DNA of 36,560 nucleotides from Thermomicrobiales bacterium (GTDB lineage: Bacteria > Chloroflexota > Chloroflexia > Thermomicrobiales > UBA6265). The first letter of the stretch is position 1; each line of letters begins with the position of its first letter. The notes under the pieces are model-generated. The model was not told the DNA's origin and ran no database searches. It saw nothing but the letters and a program-made list of their open reading frames with translations. The stretch covers positions 1 through 36,560 of the forward strand of contig JAICKJ010000003.1 in NCBI GenBank assembly GCA_025928015.1. The letters are read 5' to 3'. A program made the translations under genes and the position numbers. Shown piece after piece: positions 1-8,693 of this stretch.

Positions 1-123
1 GAGATCGCCTACATCCGCTTCGCCTCCGTCTACCGCGAATTCGCCGATCTGGAGGATGTCCGGCGCGAGATGGAGGGCCTGGGCACCGTCCGCCGGACTG
101 CTGACCCGAACGCCGGCGCGTGA
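1..123 (+). CDS. nrdR: Transcriptional repressor NrdR, 3' end (partial)
   Basis: Frame 1 reads EIAYIRFASVYREFADLEDVRREMEGL...*, the characteristic NrdR C-terminal AYxRFASVYRxF motif. It is absent from the ORF track because it is truncated by the window edge. Confidence 0.92.
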   Translation, partial: EIAYIRFASVYREFADLEDVRREMEGLGTVRRTADPNAGA

Positions 124-1283
124 GCCGGCGGCGTCAGCAGCGCTGGATCCTCCTCTCATCCTTCTTCGCCTTCGGCATCATGTTCGGCATCTGGCAGGTG
201 CTGCTGGAGGATTTGCGCCTCGCGCTTGGCCTCGCCACCGGGCCGCTCGGAATCGGCCTGACCCTCGGCTCGCTCTGTTCCTTCCCGTTGATGGTGTACT
301 CCGGCCGCGTGATCGGCCGCTGGGGCGCGCGATCCGTCGCCTTCTGGTCGAGCGTGCTGCTCGGCGGCTGCTTTCTCGTCCTCCCGTTCGTGCCCAAGTT
401 CGCCGTGCTCCTGATGCTGCTGGTCGTTTTCTTCGCCGCGTCCGCGATTTTCGACGTCGGCATCAACGCGGCGGCGATCGAGTATGAGCGGATTTGGGAA
501 ACGCGCTTTCTGCCCCAGCTCCACGGAAGCTTCTCAGGCGCGGCCGCCGTCGGGGCGCTCGCCGCCGGCGCGTTGCTCTCGGCGGGCGTACCGTTTCGCG
601 GTATTTACTGGATCGTGACCATCGTCTACGCGGGGCTGGCGTTCGCGCTGCTCCGCGCCGATTTCCCGGTTGCCGAGATTCAGACGCATGAAGGCGGCGC
701 CCGCCTCAACCTCTTCACCTGCCGGCCTTTGCTGGCGGTGGCGTTGCTCACCTGCGCGGCCTATTTCCTCGAAGGCGCGGTCGAGACCTGGGCGGTGATC
801 TACCTGCGCTCGTCGGTCGCGCTCCCGGCCTTCTTCGCCGCCGGCGCCGGCGCCGTCTTCTATGCAGCGATGCTGGCCGGGCGGTTGACGACGACGCTCG
901 TCGTGACGCGGCTCGGGCGGCTGCGTGTGGTGCAGATCGCCGGCGCATTCTCGCTGGCCGGGCTCGCGCTGGCGCTCGTCACGGCCCTGCCGGCGCTGAT
1001 CGTCGCCGGGTTCCTGCTCTGCGGGCTGGCCTTGGCGGCGGTGGCACCCATCACCTTCTCGCTGGCCGGCGACATCGTGCCCGGTCGCGCCGGCGATGCC
1101 AGCGCGGTGCTGACGACGATCGGCTACGCCGGTTTCCTGATCGGCCCGTCGATCCTCGGCGCCTTTGCGGAAGTGACCTCGCTGCGCCTGGCGCTGCTCG
1201 CCGCCGGGCTGGCCGGTGCGTTCATCTCGCTCCAGGCGACCCGGATTCGGGAACCGGTGGCGTCTGTCAGCGAGTGCACATGA
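120..1283 (+). CDS. MFS transporter
   Basis: 387 aa with ~12 hydrophobic segments and MFS loop motifs (GRVIGRWG, TRLGR). The GTG start overlaps the nrdR stop (GTGA). Confidence 0.88.
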   Translation: MSRRRQQRWILLSSFFAFGIMFGIWQVLLEDLRLALGLATGPLGIGLTLGSLCSFPLMVYSGRVIGRWGARSVAFWSSVLLGGCFLVLPFVPKFAVLLMLLVVFFAASAIFDVGINAAAIEYERIWETRFLPQLHGSFSGAAAVGALAAGALLSAGVPFRGIYWIVTIVYAGLAFALLRADFPVAEIQTHEGGARLNLFTCRPLLAVALLTCAAYFLEGAVETWAVIYLRSSVALPAFFAAGAGAVFYAAMLAGRLTTTLVVTRLGRLRVVQIAGAFSLAGLALALVTALPALIVAGFLLCGLALAAVAPITFSLAGDIVPGRAGDASAVLTTIGYAGFLIGPSILGAFAEVTSLRLALLAAGLAGAFISLQATRIREPVASVSECT

Positions 1284-1330
1284 CTGCTTCCGGGACGACG
1301 CGCGACGGGTCTGGCAATTCCTCCACGCCT

Positions 1331-1466
1331 GTCATTCTGAGGCCCGCAAGCCGAAGAATCCGCCGGCGCAGCCGGTCCGCGGAGCGGACATCCTTGCCTC
1401 ATCGGACATATGTGGCCGGCGGGCAAGCGCTTCGCGCGGGGGATGCTTCCCGCTGGTCAGGATGAC
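1331..1466. repeat. Palindromic intergenic repeat (GTCATTCTGA...TCAGGATGAC), copy 1
   Basis: Terminal inverted repeats, with internal blocks GAAGAATCC, GCCGGTCCGC, GCGGACA and TTCGCGCGGGG shared with the copies at 9951 and 27050. Confidence 0.85.
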
Positions 1467-1510
1467 GGACGTGGGGATTTGCAGGAGCGAAGAGATCTGA
1501 TTCTGAACAC

Positions 1511-1549
1511 AAACCGGCCCCGGTCGCAAAGTCCGGGGCCGGTTGTTGT
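1511..1549. terminator. Hairpin between convergent MFS and trxA genes, probable intrinsic terminator
   Basis: AACCGGCCCCGG-9 nt loop-CCGGGGCCGGTT, a perfect 12-bp stem flanked by A-rich and T/G-rich tails. Confidence 0.7.
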
Positions 1550-1568
1550 GCGTCTGAGCGACCGCGCC

Positions 1569-1895
1569 CTAGCTCATGTGGGGCGTGAGGCGGTCGAGGA
1601 TTTGAGCCTTCGGCATGGCGCCGATGATCTTGTCAACCGGCTTGCCATCCTTGTAGACGATCATGGTCGGGATATTGAAGACGCCGAGCTGCGAGGCGTA
1701 CTGCTGGTTCTCGTCAACGTTGACCTTGACGATCTTGACCCGCGCCTGCTCCTCATCGGCGATCTCCGCGAGCACCGGGCCGACCATGCGGCAGGGACCG
1801 CACCACGGCGCCCAGAAATCGACCAGGACGGGCTTGTCGGCCTTGACAACCTCCTGGTCAAATGTGGAATCGGTAACTTCAACTGGCTTGGACAT
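1569..1895 (-). CDS. trxA: Thioredoxin
   Basis: 108 aa with VLVDFWAPWCGPC and IPT motifs. GGAGGAAG Shine-Dalgarno upstream. Confidence 0.96.
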   Translation of the reverse strand: MSKPVEVTDSTFDQEVVKADKPVLVDFWAPWCGPCRMVGPVLAEIADEEQARVKIVKVNVDENQQYASQLGVFNIPTMIVYKDGKPVDKIIGAMPKAQILDRLTPHMS

Positions 1896-2018
1896 GCTTC
1901 CTCCGGCATAGGTTCCCTCATGGAACCCTACTTCCCATATGATAGCATAGGCGTCCAGCCTTCCACAGCAGGGAAGGCGGCGCCGGCATTGCGGGTGCCT
2001 CCTATACTATGCGCTGCG

Positions 2019-3188
2019 ATGACGACCGGCAATGCTTCCGCATCCCGATCCGCAGAGCGCCTCCGGGTCGCGCTCGACACCAGTTTCCTGCAGCTTCCGC
2101 CCTCCGGCATCGGCTCCTACGTCGCCGGCTTCGGCGAGGCGCTGCGCCAACACGCGGACGAGATCGAGCTGGTGCCTGTCGTGCCCGACTGGACCGATCG
2201 TGGCGGATCGATTCCAGTCCTCGACCGGCTGCGCGACGACCCGCGTAGCCGCCGCTTCTGGTGGGACACGGTTGACGTGGCCCTCGCCGCCCGGAAGGCA
2301 CGACCCGCGCTGCTCCATCTGCCCCAGTTCAGCGCGCCGCTGTGGACTCCGTGCCCGCTGGTGGTGACGGTCCACGACGCGATCCCGCTGCTGCTCGATG
2401 AGTACCGCGCCTCCCGCGCCATGCGCACGAATGTGGCGATCATGCGTCGCACCGTCCGCCGGGCGCGGGCGATCATCGCGCCGTCGCACGCCGCCGCCAC
2501 CGACATCGCCGCCGCGTTGAGCTATCCAATGGAACGCATCCATGTCGTGCCGATGGCCGCGTCAGCGAACCTGGCGCCCGCCACCGACAGAGCGGCCCTC
2601 GCCGGGCGATTGCGCGACAGGTTCGGCATCACCGAAGACTATGTGCTCAATTTCGGCGGCTTCGACCGGCGCAAGAACGTGCCGCTGCTCGTGCGCGCCT
2701 TCGCCCGCGCCTTGCCGCAGTTCGGCCGGCCGGTCACGCTGGTCATTGGTGGCGCCCCGCACAGCGCCAACCCGGCGATGTTTCCGCCGGTCGCGCCGGT
2801 GGCGGAATCGCTCGGGATCAGCGACCGCGTGATGCTCTCTGGCCGGGTCAGCGACGAGGAGCGCCGCTGGCTCTATCAGGGCGCGGCCGCCTGTGTGGTC
2901 CCGTCGCTCTATGAAGGTTTCGGCCTGCCTGCGCTGGAGGCGATGTCATGCGGCGTCCCGGTGATCGCCGCCAACGTCACGAGTCTGCCCGAGGTCGTCG
3001 GCGATGCCGGTCTCCTGGTCGAGCCGACCGAAGACGCCCTCGCTGGGGCGCTGGCGCGCCTGTTGAACGACGCGGACCTGCAGCGACGACTGATCGACGC
3101 CGGTTTGGAACGCGCCGAATGCTTCAGTTGGGAACGGACGGCGCGTGAGACGATCGCCGTCTACCGCGAAGCAATCCCCATTCGGTAG
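2019..3188 (+). CDS. Glycosyltransferase family 4 (GT-B)
   Basis: TVHD, RKN and PSLYEGFGLPALEAMSCGVPV motifs. The true start is probably ATG 2019, just after TATACT at 2003-2008. The longer 1410 ORF runs antisense through trxA. Confidence 0.9.
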   Translation: MTTGNASASRSAERLRVALDTSFLQLPPSGIGSYVAGFGEALRQHADEIELVPVVPDWTDRGGSIPVLDRLRDDPRSRRFWWDTVDVALAARKARPALLHLPQFSAPLWTPCPLVVTVHDAIPLLLDEYRASRAMRTNVAIMRRTVRRARAIIAPSHAAATDIAAALSYPMERIHVVPMAASANLAPATDRAALAGRLRDRFGITEDYVLNFGGFDRRKNVPLLVRAFARALPQFGRPVTLVIGGAPHSANPAMFPPVAPVAESLGISDRVMLSGRVSDEERRWLYQGAAACVVPSLYEGFGLPALEAMSCGVPVIAANVTSLPEVVGDAGLLVEPTEDALAGALARLLNDADLQRRLIDAGLERAECFSWERTARETIAVYREAIPIR

Positions 3189-3239
3189 CGGCGGGACCTG
3201 TGCCCGCCGAGGTTAAAGGGGCCGGAGGCCCCCTCAACC
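3189..3239. terminator. GC-rich hairpins between convergent GT4 and MotB-like genes
   Basis: CGGCGGG/CCCGCCG (3189-3209) and GGGGCC/GGCCCC stems. There is no strong U-tract. Confidence 0.4.
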
Positions 3240-3282
3240 GGGAGCCCGCAGGTGGCCCTCCCCTGCGGCAATTGCGGCTGCG

Positions 3283-4362
3283 CTATCCTCCGACTGGTTG
3301 GCATCCATTGTAGAAGAAGAGCTGAAGCTCGACTTCGCCTGTCGGAGTATCGCCCGGGAGGGCAATGGCCTCCTGACCAGCGTTCGCAAAGATCTGCGAA
3401 TAGTCGTTCTTCAGGATCTGATTGATCGCCTTGGAGAGCGTTGAGCCCGTCGAAACGTCGGGCGACTTTGAGGACGTGAGGACGAAGCCGACCTTGCAGC
3501 CTTGACCATCGATGTACTTCTTGAGCACGCCATCGAGTTGCTTGCGCGCATCCGCAACCGCGCCGGAATCACCCGAGTTGACTCCGTCGAGATCGACACG
3601 AATCGTCTCCGTCACCGAGTTCGGATTCAGCGAATTCGCCTGCGCCTGTTGCGCCAGCACGGTCGAGGTCGCCTGGATCGAGACGACGCCGTTCTGGTTC
3701 GCGGCGGAAGTTGACTGGACCGAGTTGAGCTGCGCCTGCGCGGCGGCGAGTTGTTGTTGCGTCAGCGTCGCCTGGGCGCTCAAGGTCGCCTGGGCGTTTG
3801 CGCCGGAGTTGGCTTGCTGGGTCGCGATCGCGTTCTGCTGCAATTGTTGCTGCGCCACCTGGGTCGAAAGGGCCTCCGCCGTCGCCAGCCGCGCGTTCAG
3901 GTCCTGGTTCGACTGCTGCGACTGCGCTTGTTGCGTCGCGTAGGCGGAGAGCGTCGCTTGCGATGAAAGCGCCTCCTGCGTCGAGAGCGCGTCGGCGGTC
4001 GCCCGCTGGTCACTCGTCATCGCGGCGCGGGTCTGCTCGGCCTGCGCCGCCTGGGTCGCGTTGTTCTGATAGATCGCCAGCTCGGTCTGCTGTGCCTCGG
4101 CGGTCTGCGCCTGCGCGAGCTGTTGTTGCTGCGCAGCGGTCAGCGTCGCCTGGTTGTTGGCCTGCGCGACCTGGAACTGCGCCTGCGCGGTCGCAAGCTG
4201 GTTCGGCGTCGCGGTCGGGGTCGGCGTCGGCGGCTCCTTGCCGACCGTGTTGGCGGCGAAGAAGAGCATCGCGAGCCCGAGCAGCAGGTCGGCGAACAGC
4301 CACCCGCCGAGGGTGATCATGTCGCGCTGCTTGCGCGCCCGCCGGTGTTTGAGCGGAAACAT
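3283..4362 (-). CDS. MotB/ExbD/ZorB-like single-TM protein with long Q/A/T-rich stalk and C-terminal alpha/beta domain
   Basis: Basic N-terminus, TM GGWLFADLLLGLAMLFF (Asp25), PTPTPT linker, ~190-aa Q/A/T helical region and ~115-aa globular end. AGGAG SD upstream. The family assignment is by motif only. Confidence 0.7.
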   Translation of the reverse strand: MFPLKHRRARKQRDMITLGGWLFADLLLGLAMLFFAANTVGKEPPTPTPTATPNQLATAQAQFQVAQANNQATLTAAQQQQLAQAQTAEAQQTELAIYQNNATQAAQAEQTRAAMTSDQRATADALSTQEALSSQATLSAYATQQAQSQQSNQDLNARLATAEALSTQVAQQQLQQNAIATQQANSGANAQATLSAQATLTQQQLAAAQAQLNSVQSTSAANQNGVVSIQATSTVLAQQAQANSLNPNSVTETIRVDLDGVNSGDSGAVADARKQLDGVLKKYIDGQGCKVGFVLTSSKSPDVSTGSTLSKAINQILKNDYSQIFANAGQEAIALPGDTPTGEVELQLFFYNGCQPVGG

Positions 4363-4412
4363 CGACTACTCCTGCGGGAACCAGAATGCGGGGTGGATAT
4401 GGGTCAGGATGG

Positions 4413-6119
4413 TCACGAACGGGGCGTGCGGGACCAGAATCCGGGCGAACCCGGCGCGCGCTCCGGCTCGTCGGTCTCGTCGCTGGCGACAACGGTGCCG
4501 CCGCGGCTCAGCTCTTGCCGGGTGGCCGTGCCGCGCAGCGCGTTGGCGAAGGCTTGCTGGAGCGCCTCGGTCGATGGCACCTGCTGGCTCAAGCGGGAGA
4601 GCGAGTTGGCGAGACCATCGAGTCGCTGCATGAGGTGGGTCAAGTCCTGGCTGACCTCGCGTTGGCGTTGCGCAGTCGTCATGCCGACCGCGCCCAGCTC
4701 CTTCGTCACGGTGGAGATGTCCCGCGCGATTTCGGCCTGCTGGTTGAGCAGATTGTTCAGCGCGGTGCCCTGTTGCGCCGACTGCTGGCCGATGCGGTCG
4801 AACTCGTCCCGGAAGCGGCCGAAGACCGCGCCGATGTCGTTCAGCGTCCGCGCCGTCGCTTGCGCGCTCGACGTGTTGGTGCGCAGCGCCTCGGCCAGGC
4901 GAGAGTTCGCCTCGGTGCCGGTGGACATGGCGGATTCGACCCGGCTCTGGCTCTCGGCAATCGCGTTGGCGATCGCGCTGATGCCCCGCACCGCCTCCGA
5001 TGCCGTCCGGCCCGCCTGCGCGGCCGTTTCGGCGCCGCTGAGCGCCTTGTCGGACGCATCGGCCAGGCTGACCGCCGCTGCGGCGAGTTGCCGCGTCGCC
5101 GATTGGTCGCTCTGGATCGAGGAGGAGGTCAGCCGCTCCAGGTTGCCCACGGCCGTGAGCAGGCTGCGCTGCTGCTCGCTGGACGCGCCGATCTCGGAGG
5201 TGAGGTCTTCGAGCGTTGTCTCCAGGCTGGTCGACACCTGGCGCAGATCGACGAGCAATCGGTGCATCTCGTCCGCGCCGGCGCGCATGCCGCTGGCGAA
5301 CATGCCGAAGTCGGCGAACTCCTTGTCCCGCCGCGAGGCGAGCGATTCGAGCCGGTCGTGCTCGACCTGCAATTGTGTCAACAGCTCCTGACTGGACCGC
5401 TCGAACCGGTCCGCCAGCCGTTCGACGCTCTCCGTCAGCCGGGCCGGGCGGGAGGAGCGGTCGGAGGCGAGCGCGACGGTCGCTTCGGCCAGAATGTTCT
5501 CCAGGTCGGTCTGAACGGAGCTGGCCGTCGAGGCGATCACGTCCTCCTGGCCCTCGCGCCGGCCGTGGGCGTAGATCGTGAGCAGGATGATCGCCAGGAT
5601 GATCGCGGCGTCGATGAGGGCGACGGTCGAGAAGGAGGGCGCGAAACGGGACGCCTCGCCGCCAAAACCCCGCTGCCAGAGCAGCAGGAATGGCTGCGCC
5701 GACTGGTCGGGATGCCTGTCGATGAACCGGCGGTAGGCGGCGGACGCCTCGGCGAGCGCCGCCCAGGTCAGCAGGATCGGAAAGAGGACGAGGATATTCC
5801 GGAGCCGGTCGGCCATCTCGATCGACGCCGGCGCGTAGCCGCCCTCGCGGCGGACCGCGTAGGCTATCGCCAGCCGCTCGGTGTTGAACGCTTGCCGCAG
5901 ATCGACGTCGGTCCAACGCTGCCGGCCGCGTTCGCTCCCGAGCGACTCGGCCAAGTCGCGCAGCCGGCCGGCCGCGCGGGGATCGACCTCGCCCATCGAC
6001 GCGGCCATGCCCTGGAGGTCGCTGATCAAGCCAGCTTGCGCCGAGCGCCGGCCCGCCGTCCGATTCGGAACGCTGCCCGGAAAGACCAGCGTATCGGCGG
6101 AGGAGCTGAACTCATTCAT
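4413..6119 (-). CDS. Two-TM membrane protein with long coiled-coil (MCP-like) tail; putative MotA/ZorA/GldL-like A subunit
   Basis: TM1 RNILVLFPILLTWAAL and TM2 FSTVALIDAAIILAIILLTIY, followed by ~380 aa of heptad-rich helix. The start is uncertain (ATG 6119 or 6008). The ORF-track extension to 7781 is antisense to the kinase gene. Confidence 0.7.
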   Translation of the reverse strand: MNEFSSSADTLVFPGSVPNRTAGRRSAQAGLISDLQGMAASMGEVDPRAAGRLRDLAESLGSERGRQRWTDVDLRQAFNTERLAIAYAVRREGGYAPASIEMADRLRNILVLFPILLTWAALAEASAAYRRFIDRHPDQSAQPFLLLWQRGFGGEASRFAPSFSTVALIDAAIILAIILLTIYAHGRREGQEDVIASTASSVQTDLENILAEATVALASDRSSRPARLTESVERLADRFERSSQELLTQLQVEHDRLESLASRRDKEFADFGMFASGMRAGADEMHRLLVDLRQVSTSLETTLEDLTSEIGASSEQQRSLLTAVGNLERLTSSSIQSDQSATRQLAAAAVSLADASDKALSGAETAAQAGRTASEAVRGISAIANAIAESQSRVESAMSTGTEANSRLAEALRTNTSSAQATARTLNDIGAVFGRFRDEFDRIGQQSAQQGTALNNLLNQQAEIARDISTVTKELGAVGMTTAQRQREVSQDLTHLMQRLDGLANSLSRLSQQVPSTEALQQAFANALRGTATRQELSRGGTVVASDETDEPERAPGSPGFWSRTPRS

Positions 6120-6350
6120 GGTCGTGCGAGAATCGACTGGTCGGGTATCCCGCTCGTCAGTGGGGGTTGCGCGTTTGGATCGGAGCTGCAAAGGGCCCGT
6201 ACCTTTCTGACACCTGGCGTCCGCGGGATGGGCCGGGTTGCTCGCGGGTCCGTTACAATGCCTCGTATGTTTGATCCACTCTACCACTCTCCCGCAACCA
6301 GCAGATGGCCCAGCCGCTGGTCCCTCCCCGCCAGAGGTATAGAGTAACGC

Positions 6351-8666
6351 ATGACCGTACTCAACACGTTCTCGAACGCATTGCGTCACCATTCGGTTTC
6401 GGCGACGGCGGATGAACGCGCGGTGCTCGGCCCGGACGGCGAACCGGCCGTGATCGTTGGCCGCGATGCGCTCGTGACCCGCGTCCGCCGCGCGAATGGA
6501 CAAAACGCGGCGCTGCGGGTGCCCCTTGATGCCCGGGCGGGTGGAGACTGGCCGATTCGCTATGCCGCGCTGGAGCGGTTTCGCGCCGACTCGCGCGTCG
6601 GCGCGCGGTTGCCGGCCGGGATCGCTGTCAAGCGTGATGCGCTGGCGACCGGCACGGACGCGGAAGGCGGCGTCGGATTGCCGGCGGTTTCGATGGAGTG
6701 GATTGACGGCCCGACGCTGCTCGATGCGGTCGACCGTGCCTGTTCCGTCCGCAACACCGGCATCCTGACCGCGATCTATCGCGCATTGCTCGATGCGGTC
6801 AACGATGCACGAGTTGCTGGCTTCGTGCATGGCGACCTGGCCGCCGACAATTTGATGATTCGCCCAACCGGTCAGATGGCCTTCATCGATCTCGACGGCG
6901 CCACCTGGCGCGACGCGCCGTTCGGCGTCGCCGGGCGCGGAACTCCGGGGTACCGGCATCCGGGCGGCAATGGCCGGCAGCCGTCGTCGCGCGACGAGTT
7001 CGCGGCGCTCGTCCTCTTGGCGTCGTTGCTGATCTTGAGCGAGCAACCCGAGTTGCGGCGCCAATATGGCGATCCGCCGCATGTCCAGGGCGGCGCCTTG
7101 CTCTTCTCCGCCTGGGACATCTCCGACCCCTCGACCTCGCGACTCTTCGGGCTGCTCCGTGGCTCGGTCCGCCCGGCGACACGCACGGTGCTCGACGCGC
7201 TCGCCTCCGCCTGCGCCGCCGACCCCGACGAGGCCGCGACGTTTACCGCCGGTGTTGCTGGGCTGAAGCCCTTCCCGAAAGCGGATGAGCCGCGGAATTG
7301 GAGCGCAGGTTGGACCCAATCGCCTTTCAGCGACGACGTTGAGAACGTGTTGCCGTCGCTTCGCGCCCGCATGGGTGCCCAACCGGCTCCTGCGCCACAA
7401 CCAATGGATGCACTGGGTCAGGAAACCGTGCAAACGCCGGCGGCGGCGCCCCGGTTCGACGGGAATCTCGAAGTCTGGCGGGACCGCTTGCAGCGGGCGA
7501 TCGATCGCAACGACGATCTCACCGTCTCTCGCCTCTGGCCATCGCTGAAGCACGATCCCGCCGTCCAGACCATGGCCTATGCCGTCGCCGAGATCATCGC
7601 CGGCGGGTACGACAAGCGGATCGCGCAAGAGGCGAAACGCGGCCGCGACGATCTCGTCGCGCGCCTGGCGGAGGACGCGCGGCATCACGGCCTGGCTATC
7701 TCGACGGAGTCGCGCAAGTCTGCCCGGGCAGCGCGGGAGCGGTTGGCGACCCGGCACGCGCTCGAGCAGGCGCTGGCGCACAACGAGCAGCAGGCGCTGG
7801 CCGACCTGGCAATCTCCGGCCGCCTCGCCGAGCTGGGAGACGCGGACCGGGAGTCCGTCCGCCGGGTGCTGCGCGCACTCGAATGGCCCAACCTCTCGCG
7901 CGCCCTCGATTCAGACGACGACCGCCTCATTCTCGGTGCCTACGACGAAGAACTGTTCAGCCAGTCCGATGCGTTGGAGCAGACTGTGCGCGAGCGGATC
8001 GAGCTGGCGCGGCAGCGCTCCTCCTGGCTGGAAGAGGTCCGCGCGTCGCTCAGGCGCCGCGACGCCCATCTGCTGGCGCGATCGTTCGCCAAGCCACCGC
8101 CGGGCGCGGAGAGTCGTCTGAGTACCGCCGAGCGGAAGCGCGCCTTCCGGCTGATCGAGCGCGAGCGGGCGATCGCCGAGCTGAACACGGCGATCCAGGA
8201 ACGGGACGAGGCGAAGATCATCGCCGCGTTGGGATTCGTCGAGCGCGTCGGCGCGCGGATCGGCGATCGGGCCGACTGGTCGATCGTCAAGCGCGTCGTC
8301 GACCGGGTCTCGCTGATCCACGACCTGAAGGAGGCTGTCGAAGCCAGACCAGTGGACTACGGCCGGATCGCGCGGTTGCTGCCGGCGATTCGCGCGCTCG
8401 GCCTCGAAGGCGATCCGCGGCTGACCGGCCCGATCGAGCCGCGCCAACTGGCGCGGGAGCTCGTTCGCAACGCGCATCTGCGCCGGATGAGGATCGCGTT
8501 GAAGCGCGGCCACGAAGTCGCCATCGCCGTCGCCGCGGTGCCCGAAACCAACGACGCCTACCACCTGCTTCGGACCGATGAGCAGCTTCGCGTCGATCTG
8601 GCCCTCCAGAACCGCAACCGCACGCGCCCAGATAGCCCGGTCACCACCTGGCCCACGGCAGGCTAG
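6351..8666 (+). CDS. Atypical protein kinase-like domain fused to tandem helical repeats
   Basis: MEWIDGPTL, HGDLAADN, FIDLDG, GTPGYRHP and DEFA motifs. The C-terminal half has repeated LxxAlxxxD segments. Confidence 0.8.
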   Translation: MTVLNTFSNALRHHSVSATADERAVLGPDGEPAVIVGRDALVTRVRRANGQNAALRVPLDARAGGDWPIRYAALERFRADSRVGARLPAGIAVKRDALATGTDAEGGVGLPAVSMEWIDGPTLLDAVDRACSVRNTGILTAIYRALLDAVNDARVAGFVHGDLAADNLMIRPTGQMAFIDLDGATWRDAPFGVAGRGTPGYRHPGGNGRQPSSRDEFAALVLLASLLILSEQPELRRQYGDPPHVQGGALLFSAWDISDPSTSRLFGLLRGSVRPATRTVLDALASACAADPDEAATFTAGVAGLKPFPKADEPRNWSAGWTQSPFSDDVENVLPSLRARMGAQPAPAPQPMDALGQETVQTPAAAPRFDGNLEVWRDRLQRAIDRNDDLTVSRLWPSLKHDPAVQTMAYAVAEIIAGGYDKRIAQEAKRGRDDLVARLAEDARHHGLAISTESRKSARAARERLATRHALEQALAHNEQQALADLAISGRLAELGDADRESVRRVLRALEWPNLSRALDSDDDRLILGAYDEELFSQSDALEQTVRERIELARQRSSWLEEVRASLRRRDAHLLARSFAKPPPGAESRLSTAERKRAFRLIERERAIAELNTAIQERDEAKIIAALGFVERVGARIGDRADWSIVKRVVDRVSLIHDLKEAVEARPVDYGRIARLLPAIRALGLEGDPRLTGPIEPRQLARELVRNAHLRRMRIALKRGHEVAIAVAAVPETNDAYHLLRTDEQLRVDLALQNRNRTRPDSPVTTWPTAG

Positions 8667-8693
8667 CGGCGGGATGCGCAGCTCAACGACGTG

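Noticed and set aside
1410-2018. N-terminal extension of the 592-aa glycosyltransferase ORF
   Set aside because: It starts inside a repeat and runs antisense through trxA. The GT4 domain and promoter begin near 2019.
3720-4230. Repetitive GTCGC/CTGCGC/TTGTTG DNA as a tandem repeat or CRISPR array
   Set aside because: It is explained by Gln/Ala/Thr codons of the stalk. There is no constant repeat-spacer periodicity and no cas genes.
3283-6119. Calling the pair bona fide zorA/zorB, motA/motB or an MCP
   Set aside because: There are only 2 TMs, no canonical OmpA PG-binding motif, no MCP tip signature and no partner genes. Gene symbols are withheld pending profile searches.
6120-7781. N-terminal 554 aa of the 1122-aa minus-strand ORF (4413..7781)
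   Set aside because: It is mostly antisense to the kinase gene, Arg/Gly-rich and has no domain character. This is a typical high-GC shadow extension, and the real protein likely starts near 6119.
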